Source of the DNA: Cypionkella sp.
Lineage (GTDB): Bacteria; Pseudomonadota; Alphaproteobacteria; Rhodobacterales; Rhodobacteraceae
Direction: 5' to 3'
NCBI GenBank assembly: GCA_043766915.1
Contig: JAYUHO010000302.1
Location: forward strand, 1-52,551
Length of the DNA stretch: 52,551 bases
In this document: piece by piece, positions 9,112-19,412 of the stretch
How positions within the stretch are numbered: the first letter of the stretch is position 1
Layout of the letters: each line of letters opens with the position of its first letter
The notes under the pieces: generated by a model
What the model saw: only the letters and a program-made list of their open reading frames with translations
Told to the model about the DNA's origin: nothing
Database searches by the model: none
Made by a program: the position numbers and the translations under genes

Positions 9112-10326
9112 ATGACGACAGCCAATTACGAAGGTTTTGCTTTCAAACTCTCGGGCCTGATCACGGGGTCGGGCTCGACGATTCCCCTTGGCACCACGCT
9201 GGAAAAGGTCGTTCTGACCACCCGCGATCTGCTGGCAGGTGCTACAAGCGCCGAGCAAACCAACGACGCGGTGGGGCTGACAACGGGTGAAGGAGCCAAT
9301 TTTCTGATCAACGGCCTGTTGCTTGGCACTGTCACGCCGACGTTCCGCGCAGTGCAACTGAACACAAATGCGGGGTCTTATAGCGCCATCGTGTTCACCA
9401 TTGGCACTGACAGTTATGCGATCCCGCTTCCGGGGGCCAATTTTACCGCAGCCACCGCCATAACATCGGCCTCGGTGGTCAACACGCCCACAGTGCCGGT
9501 GATCAATCCGATCAGTTTTGGCCTGCTGCCCGAAGATGCCAACACCTATACGGCGCAGGCCTTCAGCACGCAGGATTTTGGCGGCCCGGCGGGCGGTTTG
9601 CCCGACTTCAGTGAAGTGAGCACTGTTACGCTTTATGACACCGACCTGATCCGCGGCAATGGCGAGGTGCAACGCACCGCGTTCGTCGAAACGCTGGCCA
9701 CGCTTCAGTTCAAGGATGGCACGGTTTTAGGCGGTGTCGAAACTTTGCAAACCGGTGGCTATAGCGGCTATGTCACCGCCTTTACCTATTTGTTCGATAA
9801 GGCCGCGCTGGCCGCATCCGGCCACAGCATCGCGGATGTGGCCGCGGTTCTGGGCAGTTTTGCCACTGACCATGATTTGAACTGGAATGAGGCCGGATTT
9901 AGCTTTGTCGCTGGTCCGCTGACCAATGGCGGCGGCGATGATGTGCCGCCCCCACCGCCGCCTCCCCCACCGCTGATCATCCTCAATGGCACGTCGCGGG
10001 CGGATGTGCTGATCGGCACGGCGGGGCGCGAGGCGATCCGGGGATTTGATGGCAACGATACATTGACGGGCGGCGACGGCAATGATGCCTTTATCTTTGG
10101 CACCGACAGCCGCAGTGGCCACAGGTCAGTGGATGTCATCCGCGACTATCAGGTGGGCCATGATGTCATCGGACTTGAAGGTGGCGCGAGCGTGCGCAGC
10201 ATTGTCGACAGCGGTTCGGCCATTGTCATCACATTGCTTGGCGATGGCGACCGGATCGTGGTGAGCGGTGCAGCACTGAACGTCGCAGATATCAAATTCG
10301 TCTACGACGATTTCGCGTTTATCTAA
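9112..10326 (+). CDS. RTX (hemolysin-type calcium-binding repeat) protein with an unrecognised ~290-aa N-terminal domain and a Pro9 linker
   Basis: ATG at 9112 preceded by AAGGAG. A PPPPPPPPP run is followed by GTSRADVLIGTAGREAIRGFDGNDTLTGGDGNDAFIFG. There is no N-terminal signal peptide, which fits type I secretion. Confidence 0.75.
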   Translation: MTTANYEGFAFKLSGLITGSGSTIPLGTTLEKVVLTTRDLLAGATSAEQTNDAVGLTTGEGANFLINGLLLGTVTPTFRAVQLNTNAGSYSAIVFTIGTDSYAIPLPGANFTAATAITSASVVNTPTVPVINPISFGLLPEDANTYTAQAFSTQDFGGPAGGLPDFSEVSTVTLYDTDLIRGNGEVQRTAFVETLATLQFKDGTVLGGVETLQTGGYSGYVTAFTYLFDKAALAASGHSIADVAAVLGSFATDHDLNWNEAGFSFVAGPLTNGGGDDVPPPPPPPPPLIILNGTSRADVLIGTAGREAIRGFDGNDTLTGGDGNDAFIFGTDSRSGHRSVDVIRDYQVGHDVIGLEGGASVRSIVDSGSAIVITLLGDGDRIVVSGAALNVADIKFVYDDFAFI

Positions 10327-10330
10327 AGCA

Positions 10331-10365
10331 GGGTGCAGCCAATCTGTTTCAGATGGGCTGCACCC
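10331..10365. terminator. Strong 15-bp GC hairpin downstream of the RTX gene (no clear T-run)
   Basis: GGGTGCAGCC-A-ATCTG-TTT-CAGAT-G-GGCTGCACCC. Confidence 0.5.
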
Positions 10366-10449
10366 CAAGACAAACAAAGACTTGGAATGTTGCGTCTTGC
10401 TTTCAGTGGGGCGAACCGCATTGAAAGCAACACGCCTTAAAGCAGCGAA

Positions 10450-10473
10450 GGGGCGCGGGCAAAGCCGCGCCCC
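10450..10473 (-). terminator. GC hairpin downstream of lon
   Basis: GGGGCGCGG-GCAAAG-CCGCGCCCC, 25 nt after the lon stop. The U-tract is weak. Confidence 0.45.
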
Positions 10474-10497
10474 CCCCAAAATTCACCGCCGTGCCGC

Positions 10498-12906
10498 CTA
10501 ATGCGCGTTGCGGGCTGTTTCAGATCCCGACGCCAAGGCGCGGGCGGCAGCGGCGGCTTCTTCCACCGCCTCGTCCCATTCCACAGCAACCGGTTGACGC
10601 ACCAAAGCCTGCGCTAAAACCTCACGCACGTTGGAAACCGGAATGATGATCAGCCCGGCTTTCACATTGTCGGGGATCTCGATCAGATCTTTTTCATTCT
10701 CGGCTGGAATGAACACAGTCTTGATCCCGCCCCGCAGCGCCGCCAGCAGTTTTTCCTTCAACCCACCGATCGGCATGGCATTGCCGCGCAACGACACTTC
10801 GCCCGTCATGGCGATGTCTTTGCGCACCGGAATGCCCGTCAGGACCGACACGATGGCCGTTACCATCGCCAGACCCGCCGAAGGGCCGTCCTTGGGTGTG
10901 GCGCCGTCGGGGACGTGAACGTGGATATCCAGCGTTTCGAATTTCGGCGGTTTTACGCCAATTTCCGGGCTGATAGAGCGCACGAATGACGCCGCCGCTT
11001 CGATAGATTCCTTCATCACATCGCCCAGTTTGCCGGTGGTTTTCATCCGACCCTTACCGGGCAGCCGCAACGCTTCGATCGACAGCAATTCACCGCCCAC
11101 CGATGTCCAGGCAAGACCCGTCACCACACCAACCTGATCGGTCGCCTCGGCCAACCCATAGCGATAGCGTTTGACGCCAAGATAGCCTTCCAGTTTGTCA
11201 GGCGTCACCACCACCGATTTGGCAGTTTTCTTGACGATCTCGGTCACCGCTTTGCGTGCAAGTTTGGCGATTTCACGTTCCAGATTACGCACCCCCGCCT
11301 CCCGCGTGTAGGTGCGGATGATATCCAGCAACGCGTCGTCGGTGATCGAGAATTCACCTTTTTTCAGCGCATGGCCTTCGATCTGCTTGGCAATCAGGTG
11401 ACCCTTGGCGATTTCGCGCTTTTCATCTTCGGTGTAACCCGACAGCGGGATAATCTCCATCCGGTCCAGCAGGGGGCTGGGCATGTTATAGCTGTTGGCG
11501 GTGGTGATAAACATCACGTTCGACAGATCATATTCCACTTCCATATAGTGGTCGATGAAGGTCGAGTTTTGTTCAGGGTCCAACACCTCAAGCATGGCCG
11601 ACGCCGGATCACCGCGGAAATCCTGACCCATTTTGTCAATCTCGTCCAATAAGATCAACGGGTTGGTCGTTTTCGCCTTTTTCAGCGCCTGAATGATCTT
11701 ACCGGGCATAGACCCGATATAGGTGCGCCGATGGCCGCGAATTTCGGATTCGTCGCGCACGCCGCCCAACGAAATGCGGATAAATTCGCGTCCCGTCGCC
11801 TTGGCAACCGACCGGCCGAGCGAAGTTTTACCAACACCGGGGGGCCCGACCAGGCACAGGATCGGGCCTTTCAGCTTGGCTGACCGTGCCTGTACCGCCA
11901 GATATTCGACGATGCGGTCCTTGACCTTTTCAAGCCCGTAATGATCGGCGTCCAGCACCTTTTGCGCCGCCCCCAGATCTTTCTTCACCCGGCTTTTTGT
12001 GCCCCACGGCACCGCGAGCAGCCAATCAAGGTAGTTGCGCACAACGGTGGCTTCCGCACTCATCGGGCTCATGTTTTTCAGCTTTTTCAGCTCTGCTTCG
12101 GCCTTGTCGCGCGCCTCTTTTGAAAAGGCGGTTTTCTTGATCCGCGCCTCCAGCTCGGCCATTTCGTTCTGGCCTTCTTCGCCGTCGCCGAGTTCCTTCT
12201 GAATGGCCTTCATCTGCTCATTCAGATAATATTCGCGCTGCGTGCGCTCCATCTGGGTTTTCACCCGCGATTTGATCTTTTTTTCCACCTGCAGAACGCT
12301 CATCTCGCCCTGCATCTGACCGTAAACTTTTTCCAGCCGTTCGGCCACATCCAGCGTTTCCAGCATGTCTTGCTTGATCGCCACATCAATCCCAAGATGC
12401 CCGGCCACCAGATCGGCAAGCCGCGCGGGTTCGCGGGTTTCCGACACCGCAGAAAGCGCCTCTTCGGGGATGTTTTTCTTGACCTTTGCGTACCGCTCAA
12501 ACTCTTCGGCAACGGCGCGCACCAGCGCCTCAACCGAAGGTTTGTCGCCGGGGGTTTCCGACAGGCGTTCGGCGCGGGCCTCAAAATACACCGGGTTTTC
12601 GATGAATTCAGTGATCTTGACGCGCTGCTTACCTTCGACCAGCACTTTGACGGTGCCATCAGGCAGTTTCAGCAGCTGCAGCACATTGGCCAGCACACCA
12701 ATGCGGTAGATGCCATCGGTGGCCGGATCGTCAACCGAAGGGTCAATCTGGGATGACAGCAGAATCTGTTTGTCATCCGCCATCACCTCTTCCAGCGCGC
12801 GCACCGATTTTTCACGGCCCACAAACAGTGGCACGATCATATGCGGGAACACCACAATATCGCGCAGTGGCAAAACGGGGTAACTGAGGCTAAGTTTGTC
12901 AGTCAT
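10498..12906 (-). CDS. lon: ATP-dependent Lon protease
   Basis: Start at ATG 12906 (MTDKLSLSYPVLPLRDIVVFPHM) with AAGGAT upstream. Walker A GPPGVGKTS. Protease-site region PKDGPSAG. Confidence 0.97.
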   Translation of the reverse strand: MTDKLSLSYPVLPLRDIVVFPHMIVPLFVGREKSVRALEEVMADDKQILLSSQIDPSVDDPATDGIYRIGVLANVLQLLKLPDGTVKVLVEGKQRVKITEFIENPVYFEARAERLSETPGDKPSVEALVRAVAEEFERYAKVKKNIPEEALSAVSETREPARLADLVAGHLGIDVAIKQDMLETLDVAERLEKVYGQMQGEMSVLQVEKKIKSRVKTQMERTQREYYLNEQMKAIQKELGDGEEGQNEMAELEARIKKTAFSKEARDKAEAELKKLKNMSPMSAEATVVRNYLDWLLAVPWGTKSRVKKDLGAAQKVLDADHYGLEKVKDRIVEYLAVQARSAKLKGPILCLVGPPGVGKTSLGRSVAKATGREFIRISLGGVRDESEIRGHRRTYIGSMPGKIIQALKKAKTTNPLILLDEIDKMGQDFRGDPASAMLEVLDPEQNSTFIDHYMEVEYDLSNVMFITTANSYNMPSPLLDRMEIIPLSGYTEDEKREIAKGHLIAKQIEGHALKKGEFSITDDALLDIIRTYTREAGVRNLEREIAKLARKAVTEIVKKTAKSVVVTPDKLEGYLGVKRYRYGLAEATDQVGVVTGLAWTSVGGELLSIEALRLPGKGRMKTTGKLGDVMKESIEAAASFVRSISPEIGVKPPKFETLDIHVHVPDGATPKDGPSAGLAMVTAIVSVLTGIPVRKDIAMTGEVSLRGNAMPIGGLKEKLLAALRGGIKTVFIPAENEKDLIEIPDNVKAGLIIIPVSNVREVLAQALVRQPVAVEWDEAVEEAAAAARALASGSETARNAH

Positions 12907-13125
12907 TTGGTTATCCTTCATTGGCAGGATGGTCAGGGCCCCGAGATGCGGCAACCGTTCGATCATCCCCTGTCAGACGCTATATCTGGTATCGAGCAGG
13001 CGGGCTGTCAACCATAGCATTGTCACAATAATGCGCCGGGGCAAGCGCCGGGGCAAGCGCAGTTTCATCACGATTTTAGCAGATTGCGAGCCAATGCGTT
13101 TCGGGTCCGGGGGGTAATCGGGCCG

Positions 13126-14256
13126 TTAAAGCGGTTCAATATCGCCCCCGGCCCGCAACGCGTGGAAATCCGCCACGAATTGGTGCAACATCCGGGTGGC
13201 AATAGCATCGCGCAGGCCCTGCATAAGCTGTTGGTAGTAATGCAGATTATGCCATGTCAGCAGCATAGAGGCGATGATTTCCTGACTGCGCAGCACATGG
13301 TGCAGATAAGCGCGGGAATAACTGGCGCAACACGGACAACTGCACTCTTCATCCAGCGGGCGCGGATCGTCGATGTGGCGGGCGTTGCGCAGATTGACCT
13401 GACCGCGCCGCGTCCAGCCCTGCCCGGTGCGGCCCGACCGCGATGGCAACACGCAATCCATCATATCAATGCCGCGTTCGACCGCGCCTACGATGTCATC
13501 AGGCTTGCCCACCCCCATCAGATAGCGCGGCTTATCCTGCGGCAGCATGTCGGGGGCATAATCCAGCACCCCAAACATTGCCGCCTGCCCTTCCCCTACC
13601 GCCAAACCGCCTATGGCATAGCCGTCAAAACCGATTGCCGTCAGGGCTTTGGCAGATTCTTCGCGCAAATCACGCGTCACGCCGCCTTGCATGATGCCGA
13701 ACAGCGCATATCCGGGGCGGTCCCCAAACGCATCGCGCGACCGCTGCGCCCACCGCATCGACAGCGCCATGGATTTCGCCACTTCGGCATCTGTGGCGGG
13801 CAGTGCGGGGCATTCGTCGAAACACATCACAATGTCAGACCCGAGCAGTTTTTGAATCTCCATACTGCGTTCGGGTGACAGCATGTGTTTTGAGCCATCA
13901 TAGTGGCTGGAAAACCTGACGCCCTCTTCGGTCAGTTTACGCAGGGCCGCCAGCGACATCACCTGAAAGCCGCCGGAATCTGTCAGGATCGGGCGATCCC
14001 AGTTCATGAACTTGTGCAACCCACCCAGATTGGAGATGCGTTCGGCGGTGGGCCGCAGCATCAGATGATAGGTGTTGCCAAGCAAAATATCGGCCCCCGT
14101 GGCGCGCACGGATCCGGGCAGCATCGCCTTCACCGTGGCCGCAGTGCCGACCGGCATAAAGGCGGGCGTGCGAATATCCCCACGCGGCGTAGAGATAACC
14201 CCGGTGCGCGCCCGCCCGTCCGTTGCCTGTAGTGCAAAGCCAAACGCCGTTGTCAT
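13126..14256 (-). CDS. tgt: tRNA-guanine transglycosylase (queuine tRNA-ribosyltransferase)
   Basis: 376 aa with [15 protein letters not shown] and the zinc motif CSCPCC...H. Confidence 0.95.
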   Translation of the reverse strand: MTTAFGFALQATDGRARTGVISTPRGDIRTPAFMPVGTAATVKAMLPGSVRATGADILLGNTYHLMLRPTAERISNLGGLHKFMNWDRPILTDSGGFQVMSLAALRKLTEEGVRFSSHYDGSKHMLSPERSMEIQKLLGSDIVMCFDECPALPATDAEVAKSMALSMRWAQRSRDAFGDRPGYALFGIMQGGVTRDLREESAKALTAIGFDGYAIGGLAVGEGQAAMFGVLDYAPDMLPQDKPRYLMGVGKPDDIVGAVERGIDMMDCVLPSRSGRTGQGWTRRGQVNLRNARHIDDPRPLDEECSCPCCASYSRAYLHHVLRSQEIIASMLLTWHNLHYYQQLMQGLRDAIATRMLHQFVADFHALRAGGDIEPL

Positions 14257-14337
14257 GGTTTCCCCCGGTTATCGTTGCCCTTTTGCGGGAATAGGGGCAG
14301 AAAGTGAAGGGGGATGCGCCCCTTGTGGATTTTGTAA

Positions 14338-14967
14338 ATGCCAGTCACCCCGCCCCCCCCTGTAAAACGCGGCCCCGTGGAACGCCGGTCTGTCGAAGAC
14401 CGCCGCGCGCAGATAGCCGCCGCCGCCTTGCGCTGTTTACAACAGGTCGGGCATGCGGGGTTAACAGCGCGCAAAGTGGCCGCCGAGGCAGGCATTTCGC
14501 TGGGCCATATCAGCTATCATTACAAGGACATGAACGAAGTGCTGGTGGCAGCCTTCACCCTGGCCGCCGAAGAGGTGCAAGCGGCGGGCCGCGCACAGCT
14601 GGACGTGCGCGGCGGCACCGCAACCGAACGGCTGGACCGGTTCTTGCGGGCAGGATTTACCCCCGATCTGATGACGCCCGCGCATCTGCGCCTGCGCATA
14701 GACCTATGGTCGGCCGCGCTGACCCAGACATCGGTGGCCGAAATAGAGCGCAAACTGTATGAAAGCCACCGCACAGCCGTTGAGGCCCTATTGGACCGGA
14801 TCGCGGCGGATTACGCCATCGAACGCGTTCCCGTGGTGGCAGATATGATTATGGCGACGCTGGACGGTCTGTGGCTGGACTGGCTGCGGCGCGGCGATGG
14901 TGTGGCGGTGAAGAACGGTCTGGACGGCTGCGTGATGTTCGCGCGGCTGCGCTTGGGGGGGAGTTAA
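14338..14967 (+). CDS. TetR-family transcriptional regulator
   Basis: 209 aa. N-terminal HTH GHAGLTARKVAAEAGISLGHISYHYKDMNEVL. Confidence 0.85.
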   Translation: MPVTPPPPVKRGPVERRSVEDRRAQIAAAALRCLQQVGHAGLTARKVAAEAGISLGHISYHYKDMNEVLVAAFTLAAEEVQAAGRAQLDVRGGTATERLDRFLRAGFTPDLMTPAHLRLRIDLWSAALTQTSVAEIERKLYESHRTAVEALLDRIAADYAIERVPVVADMIMATLDGLWLDWLRRGDGVAVKNGLDGCVMFARLRLGGS

Positions 14968-14994
14968 ACTGGGATGGGTTTTTTGCCAAGGGGT

Positions 14995-15068
14995 GGGGGC
15001 TTCACGCCCCCACACCCCCGTGGGATACTTTTGAACAGAAAAAGCGCAAATTTTAGGTAAATTTTATG
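14995..15068 (+). repeat. Family-1 modular intergenic repeat, copy 3 (lacks hairpin 2)
   Basis: GGGGGCTTCACGCCCCC carries a compensatory C:G pair. Core is CCCCCGTGGGATACTTTTGAACAGAAAAAGCGCAAATTTTAGGTAAATTTT. It lies between convergent genes. Confidence 0.85.
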
Positions 15069-15073
15069 GAAAT

Positions 15074-15886
15074 TTAAGCCGTGCGCGATGGGATTTGCGC
15101 CTCAAACCATTTGAACAGCAGCACGATCATGCCCGCCAAAATCATATAGACCAGCGCCAACAGCAGCAGCGGTTCGTAGACGATGAAGGTGTCTTGGGTG
15201 ACTCTTTTGGACAGGGAAAAGATATCGACCACCGTGATGGTGGCGACAAGGGGTGTGCATTTCATTTGCAGCACAGCCTCACCACCGATGGTGGGCAGGA
15301 CGCGATGGAGGGCTTGAGGGAGCCAGATGCGGAAGAAGGATTTATAGCGGGGCATGCCCATGGCGCGGGCAGCCTCTAGCTGGCCAATAGGGACGCTTTT
15401 TAAGGCACCGCGCATGACTTCGCCTTCGTAGCCCGCCACGCTGAGCGTGAGGGCCAGCAGCGCATAGGGCCAGGCTTGGCGCAGGATGGGCCACATCCAG
15501 CTTTCGCGGATCCAGGGGAATTGCGGGAAAAGCGAGCCGAGGCCGTAGTAAAGGAGCCAGAGTTGCAGCAGAAGCGGCGTGCCTCGGATGATTGCGCAAT
15601 AGATGCGCGCGGGAGTGGAGAGATACCAAGGGCCGCTGGCTTGGGCGAGGCCGAGGGGGATGGCGAGCATCATGCCAAGGGACATGCTGAGGACGGTTAG
15701 CCAGATGGTGCGCCAGATGGCGATGGGGATCAGGTGAAGGTAGTCGGGCAGCCATGTCCAGTTCATCTTTGCGATGCACCACAGAATGATAGCGGCGGCG
15801 GCGGCCAGCATGATGATGCGGTGGGGCTTCCAGAAATTTCTCACATGCCACCGCCATCCATGGCGCGTTGGCCTTTGCGCGCCCAA
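15074..15886 (-). CDS. Polar amino-acid/opine ABC transporter permease (HisM/OccM-like)
   Basis: Multi-TM ORF of the EAA-loop-containing permease family. The start is uncertain. ATGs at 15811 or 15766 would remove the 46-nt overlap with the upstream permease. Confidence 0.8.
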   Translation of the reverse strand: MGAQRPTRHGWRWHVRNFWKPHRIIMLAAAAAIILWCIAKMNWTWLPDYLHLIPIAIWRTIWLTVLSMSLGMMLAIPLGLAQASGPWYLSTPARIYCAIIRGTPLLLQLWLLYYGLGSLFPQFPWIRESWMWPILRQAWPYALLALTLSVAGYEGEVMRGALKSVPIGQLEAARAMGMPRYKSFFRIWLPQALHRVLPTIGGEAVLQMKCTPLVATITVVDIFSLSKRVTQDTFIVYEPLLLLALVYMILAGMIVLLFKWFEAQIPSRTA

Positions 15887-16584
15887 CGCTCAATCCGGCT
15901 AAAGACGACGCCAGAGAGCAGGGAGAGGATGAGATACAGCACTCCCGCCGCCAGATAAAACGTGAGGAAGGCTTTCGTCGTGCCCGCCGCCAGCGACGTG
16001 GCTTTGGTCAGTTCAATAAATCCGATCACGGCCAGAAGTGCTGTGTCTTTCGTCACCGTCAGCCACAGATTGGCCAATCCCGGTACGGCGGCCGATGTCA
16101 TCAGCGGAAAAGTAATGCGCTGAGCGATCTTGAAAGGCGACATCCCCATGGCGCGGCCAGCTTCGATTTGCCCCGCAGGCACCGACAGGATCGCACCCCG
16201 CAACACTTCGGTGGAATAGGCGCCTTGCACCACTCCCAAAACCACGATGCCCGCCACCACGCCGGAAAAATCAATCGGATCAAAGCCGTTGGATCGCAGC
16301 ACCGCGTTGATCGCATCCTTGGCTGCAAAGGTGATCAGCAACAGCAGCACCAGTTCCGGCACGGCCCGCACAAGCGTAGTATAAACGGCCAGCAGATCTT
16401 TGGTGATCGGCCCGCCATATAGTTTGCCAAATGCCCCCAGTACCCCGATGAACAGCCCCAAGGCATAGGCCCCGGCGGCGATCAAAATGGTTTTGCCCAA
16501 CCCCACGATCAGCGTGGCCCCCCAACCCGGGGGGGACCATGCCAGCAATTCAGCAGCCGAAGCCGCCATCAGGGAGGCAAGCAT
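15841..16584 (-). CDS. Polar amino-acid/opine ABC transporter permease (HisQ/OccQ-like)
   Basis: 247 aa with multiple TM segments and EAGRAMGMSPFKIAQRITFP (EAA motif). Confidence 0.85.
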   Translation of the reverse strand: MLASLMAASAAELLAWSPPGWGATLIVGLGKTILIAAGAYALGLFIGVLGAFGKLYGGPITKDLLAVYTTLVRAVPELVLLLLITFAAKDAINAVLRSNGFDPIDFSGVVAGIVVLGVVQGAYSTEVLRGAILSVPAGQIEAGRAMGMSPFKIAQRITFPLMTSAAVPGLANLWLTVTKDTALLAVIGFIELTKATSLAAGTTKAFLTFYLAAGVLYLILSLLSGVVFSRIERWARKGQRAMDGGGM

Positions 16585-16589
16585 CGGCC

Positions 16590-17360
16590 TTAGCCGCCGT
16601 AGATCGACGAGGCGAAGTAAGGCTTGGAAATGGCGTCATAAGTGCCATCGGCGATCACCTTGGCGATGGCTGCGTTGAACTTGGCCTTCAGGTCATCCTC
16701 GCCCTTGCGCAGGCCAACGCCCACACCCAGACCCAGGATCGCCGTATCATCCGCCACAGCGCCGATCACTTCGCAGCAGGCCTTGCCGGTATCGGTCGAC
16801 ATAAAGGCGTCGATGGCGATGCTGTCGGCCTGGCTTGCGTCAATGCGGCCTGCAGCCAGATCCTGAAAACCTTCATCGGTGGTCTGATAGGTTTTGATCT
16901 CGGCTGCGGTGGCTGCAAAATATTTCTGGGCATAAGCCTCATGCACGGTGGATACCTGCACGCCGATGATCTTGCCGGTCATGCCAGCGGCATCTGGTGT
17001 CATGCCACCGCCTTTGGTGGCCACGATCACGGTGGGGGTGTTGTAGTATTTGTCCGAGAAATCAATGGTCTTGCTGCGCTCTTCGGTGATCGACATTGAC
17101 GCCATGATCGCGTCGATCTGCCCGCCGGTCAGCGACGGGATGATGCCTTCCCAAGCCACCGGGGTGATCACACATTCCATTGCGCCTGCCGCGCAGACCG
17201 CATTGATGAAATCAACCTCCCAGCCGACCCAGGCGCCTGCGGCGTCGGGCGAGGCAAAGGGTGGATAGGGCTCGGCGGCAATGCCGATTTTCAGCGGCTC
17301 GGCCAGGGCGGCGGTTCCAAGCGCAAGGGTTGCAAGTGCGGATAGGATGATTTTCTTCAT
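16590..17360 (-). CDS. Periplasmic substrate-binding protein of the polar amino-acid ABC transporter
   Basis: 256 aa. Signal peptide MKKIILSALATLALGTAALA. Family-3 SBP-like body. Confidence 0.85.
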   Translation of the reverse strand: MKKIILSALATLALGTAALAEPLKIGIAAEPYPPFASPDAAGAWVGWEVDFINAVCAAGAMECVITPVAWEGIIPSLTGGQIDAIMASMSITEERSKTIDFSDKYYNTPTVIVATKGGGMTPDAAGMTGKIIGVQVSTVHEAYAQKYFAATAAEIKTYQTTDEGFQDLAAGRIDASQADSIAIDAFMSTDTGKACCEVIGAVADDTAILGLGVGVGLRKGEDDLKAKFNAAIAKVIADGTYDAISKPYFASSIYGG

Positions 17361-17393
17361 GAGAGTCCTCTTGGTTTACTTTAAGATAAGCTA

Positions 17394-18176
17394 TTAACTG
17401 ACTGATTTCAGGAATTGTTTCAGCCTGTCTGATTTGGGCGCGCCAAACAGCTGCTCGGGCGGGCCTTCTTCTTCTATCACCCCATTGACCAGATAAATCA
17501 CGTGGCTGGCCACTTCACGGGCGAATTTCATTTCATGGGTGACAAGGATCATCGTGCGGCCTTCGTCAGCCAAAGCGCGGATCACCTGCAGCACTTCGCC
17601 GACCAGTTCGGGATCAAGCGCCGAGGTGGGTTCATCAAACAGCATCGCGCGGGGTTCCATGCACAGCGCACGGGCAATGGCGGCACGTTGCTGCTGGCCA
17701 CCCGACATAAAGGCCGGATAGGCGTTGGCTTTCTCTGCCAAACCCACGCGCGCCAGCAACGCCTCGGCGCGGGTGGTGGCCACGGATTTTGACGTTTTCA
17801 TCACCTGACACGGCACTTCGATCAGGTTCTCCAGCACGGTTTTATGCGTCCACAGGTTAAAGCTTTGGAACACCATGCCAAGCGATTGGCGCAGCCGTTC
17901 GATCTGGCGGCGATCTGACGGGCGGCCATCAGAGTGCATGGCAACGGATTCGCCGCCAATTTCAATGCTGCCACCGGACGGGGTTTCCAGAAAATTGATG
18001 CAGCGCAGCATCGTTGACTTGCCAGACCCTGACCCGCCGATAATGGCCACCACATCGCCTTCGCGGGCGGTCAACGACACGCCTTTCAACACCTCATGCG
18101 TGCCGAATGACTTTTTCAGTCCTTCCACGCGAATTGCGATGGGACGGTCACCTGCCATGGTCCCCTGCGTCGGCAT
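17394..18176 (-). CDS. ABC transporter ATP-binding protein (HisP/OccP-like)
   Basis: Walker A GGSGSGKST, signature MSGGQQQRAAIARAL, Walker B MLFDEPTSALD. Confidence 0.95.
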   Translation of the reverse strand: MPTQGTMAGDRPIAIRVEGLKKSFGTHEVLKGVSLTAREGDVVAIIGGSGSGKSTMLRCINFLETPSGGSIEIGGESVAMHSDGRPSDRRQIERLRQSLGMVFQSFNLWTHKTVLENLIEVPCQVMKTSKSVATTRAEALLARVGLAEKANAYPAFMSGGQQQRAAIARALCMEPRAMLFDEPTSALDPELVGEVLQVIRALADEGRTMILVTHEMKFAREVASHVIYLVNGVIEEEGPPEQLFGAPKSDRLKQFLKSVS

Positions 18177-18290
18177 GTCTATGTCCTGCCGTTGTTATTT
18201 GACCCATCTGACACGCTGGGGGCTATGGCGCGCAAGTGAAATATTCAGCCGGGGTGTCTGTGGCACCCGGATGTGGGGTTGCCGTGCGGT

Positions 18291-19409
18291 TTAAAGACGC
18301 TGTGCCAAGGCATCGTGCAAAAGGCTGCGCACCAGATCGGGCGGCACGTCTTCGGCCACAAACGCCTGCCCGATGCCGCGCGCCAGAATAAAGCGCAGCT
18401 TGCCGTCTATCACCTTTTTATCCTGACCCATCAGGCCAAGCAGCGCGTCGGACGACGGCAAATCGCCACTGATATCGGCGATATCGGTCTTCATACCCAA
18501 AGCGCGCAGATGCGCCCGCACACGGCTGGGGGTTTCTTGCGAACAAAGCCCCATGCGTTGCGACAAATCGAACGCCAGCGCACAGCCGATCGACACGCCC
18601 TCGCCGTGCAACAACCGGTTGGAATAGCCGGTGGCTTTCTCCAACGCATGACAAAAGGTATGGCCAAGGTTCAACAGCGCGCGCTCGCCGTCTTCATGTT
18701 CGTCCCGCGAGACGATTCCGGCCTTCATCTGAACCGAGCGTTTGACCGCATGTTGGCGCGCATCGGCATCGCCTGCGACCATTTTTTGCGCGTTGACTTC
18801 CAGCCAGTCAAAGAACACCGCATCGCCCAGCAGCCCGTATTTCACCACCTCGCCATAGCCCGCCAGAAAATCGCGCGCAGGCAGGGTGGCAAGGGCATCA
18901 ATATCGGCCAGAACAAGGCTGGGCTGATGAAAGGCGCCGACAAGGTTCTTGCCTTGACCCGTATTAATCCCGGTCTTGCCGCCAACGGAACTGTCCACCT
19001 GTGCCATCAAGGTGGTTGGCAGTTGCACAAACCGCACGCCGCGCCGCAAGATTGAGGCGGCAAAGCCGACAAGATCACCCACCACCCCGCCACCAAAGGC
19101 AATCACCACATCGCGGCGTTCGATCTTTTGATCCAGCAGCCATTCGACACAGCGTTCCAGTTGCGGCCAGCCTTTGCTGGCTTCACCGGGCGGAATGGCA
19201 AGGGCGGTCATTGCAATGCCGCTTGCCTCCAACGACGCGGCAAGTGCCAGCAGATGCCGGGCGGCCACGGTTTCATCGGTGATCACCGCCACCTTTTTGC
19301 GGTGCAGCAAGGGGGCTATCTGACGTCCGACATCCGAAATCAATCCCGGTCCGATGCGCACCTGATAGCTTCGCTGTCCCAGCGCAACCTCGACCACGTC
19401 CAGGGCCAT
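18291..19409 (-). CDS. aroB: 3-dehydroquinate synthase
   Basis: 372 aa with GGGVVGDLVGFAA and LNLGHTFCHALE. It lies immediately downstream of aroK. Confidence 0.93.
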   Translation of the reverse strand: MALDVVEVALGQRSYQVRIGPGLISDVGRQIAPLLHRKKVAVITDETVAARHLLALAASLEASGIAMTALAIPPGEASKGWPQLERCVEWLLDQKIERRDVVIAFGGGVVGDLVGFAASILRRGVRFVQLPTTLMAQVDSSVGGKTGINTGQGKNLVGAFHQPSLVLADIDALATLPARDFLAGYGEVVKYGLLGDAVFFDWLEVNAQKMVAGDADARQHAVKRSVQMKAGIVSRDEHEDGERALLNLGHTFCHALEKATGYSNRLLHGEGVSIGCALAFDLSQRMGLCSQETPSRVRAHLRALGMKTDIADISGDLPSSDALLGLMGQDKKVIDGKLRFILARGIGQAFVAEDVPPDLVRSLLHDALAQRL

Positions 19410-19412
19410 CTT

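Noticed and set aside
17381-17398. CtrA-box-like TTAAGATAAGCTATTAAC.
   Set aside because: The half-sites are separated by 9 nt, not the 7 nt of TTAA-N7-TTAAC. The site lies inside an operon between the ATPase and SBP genes.
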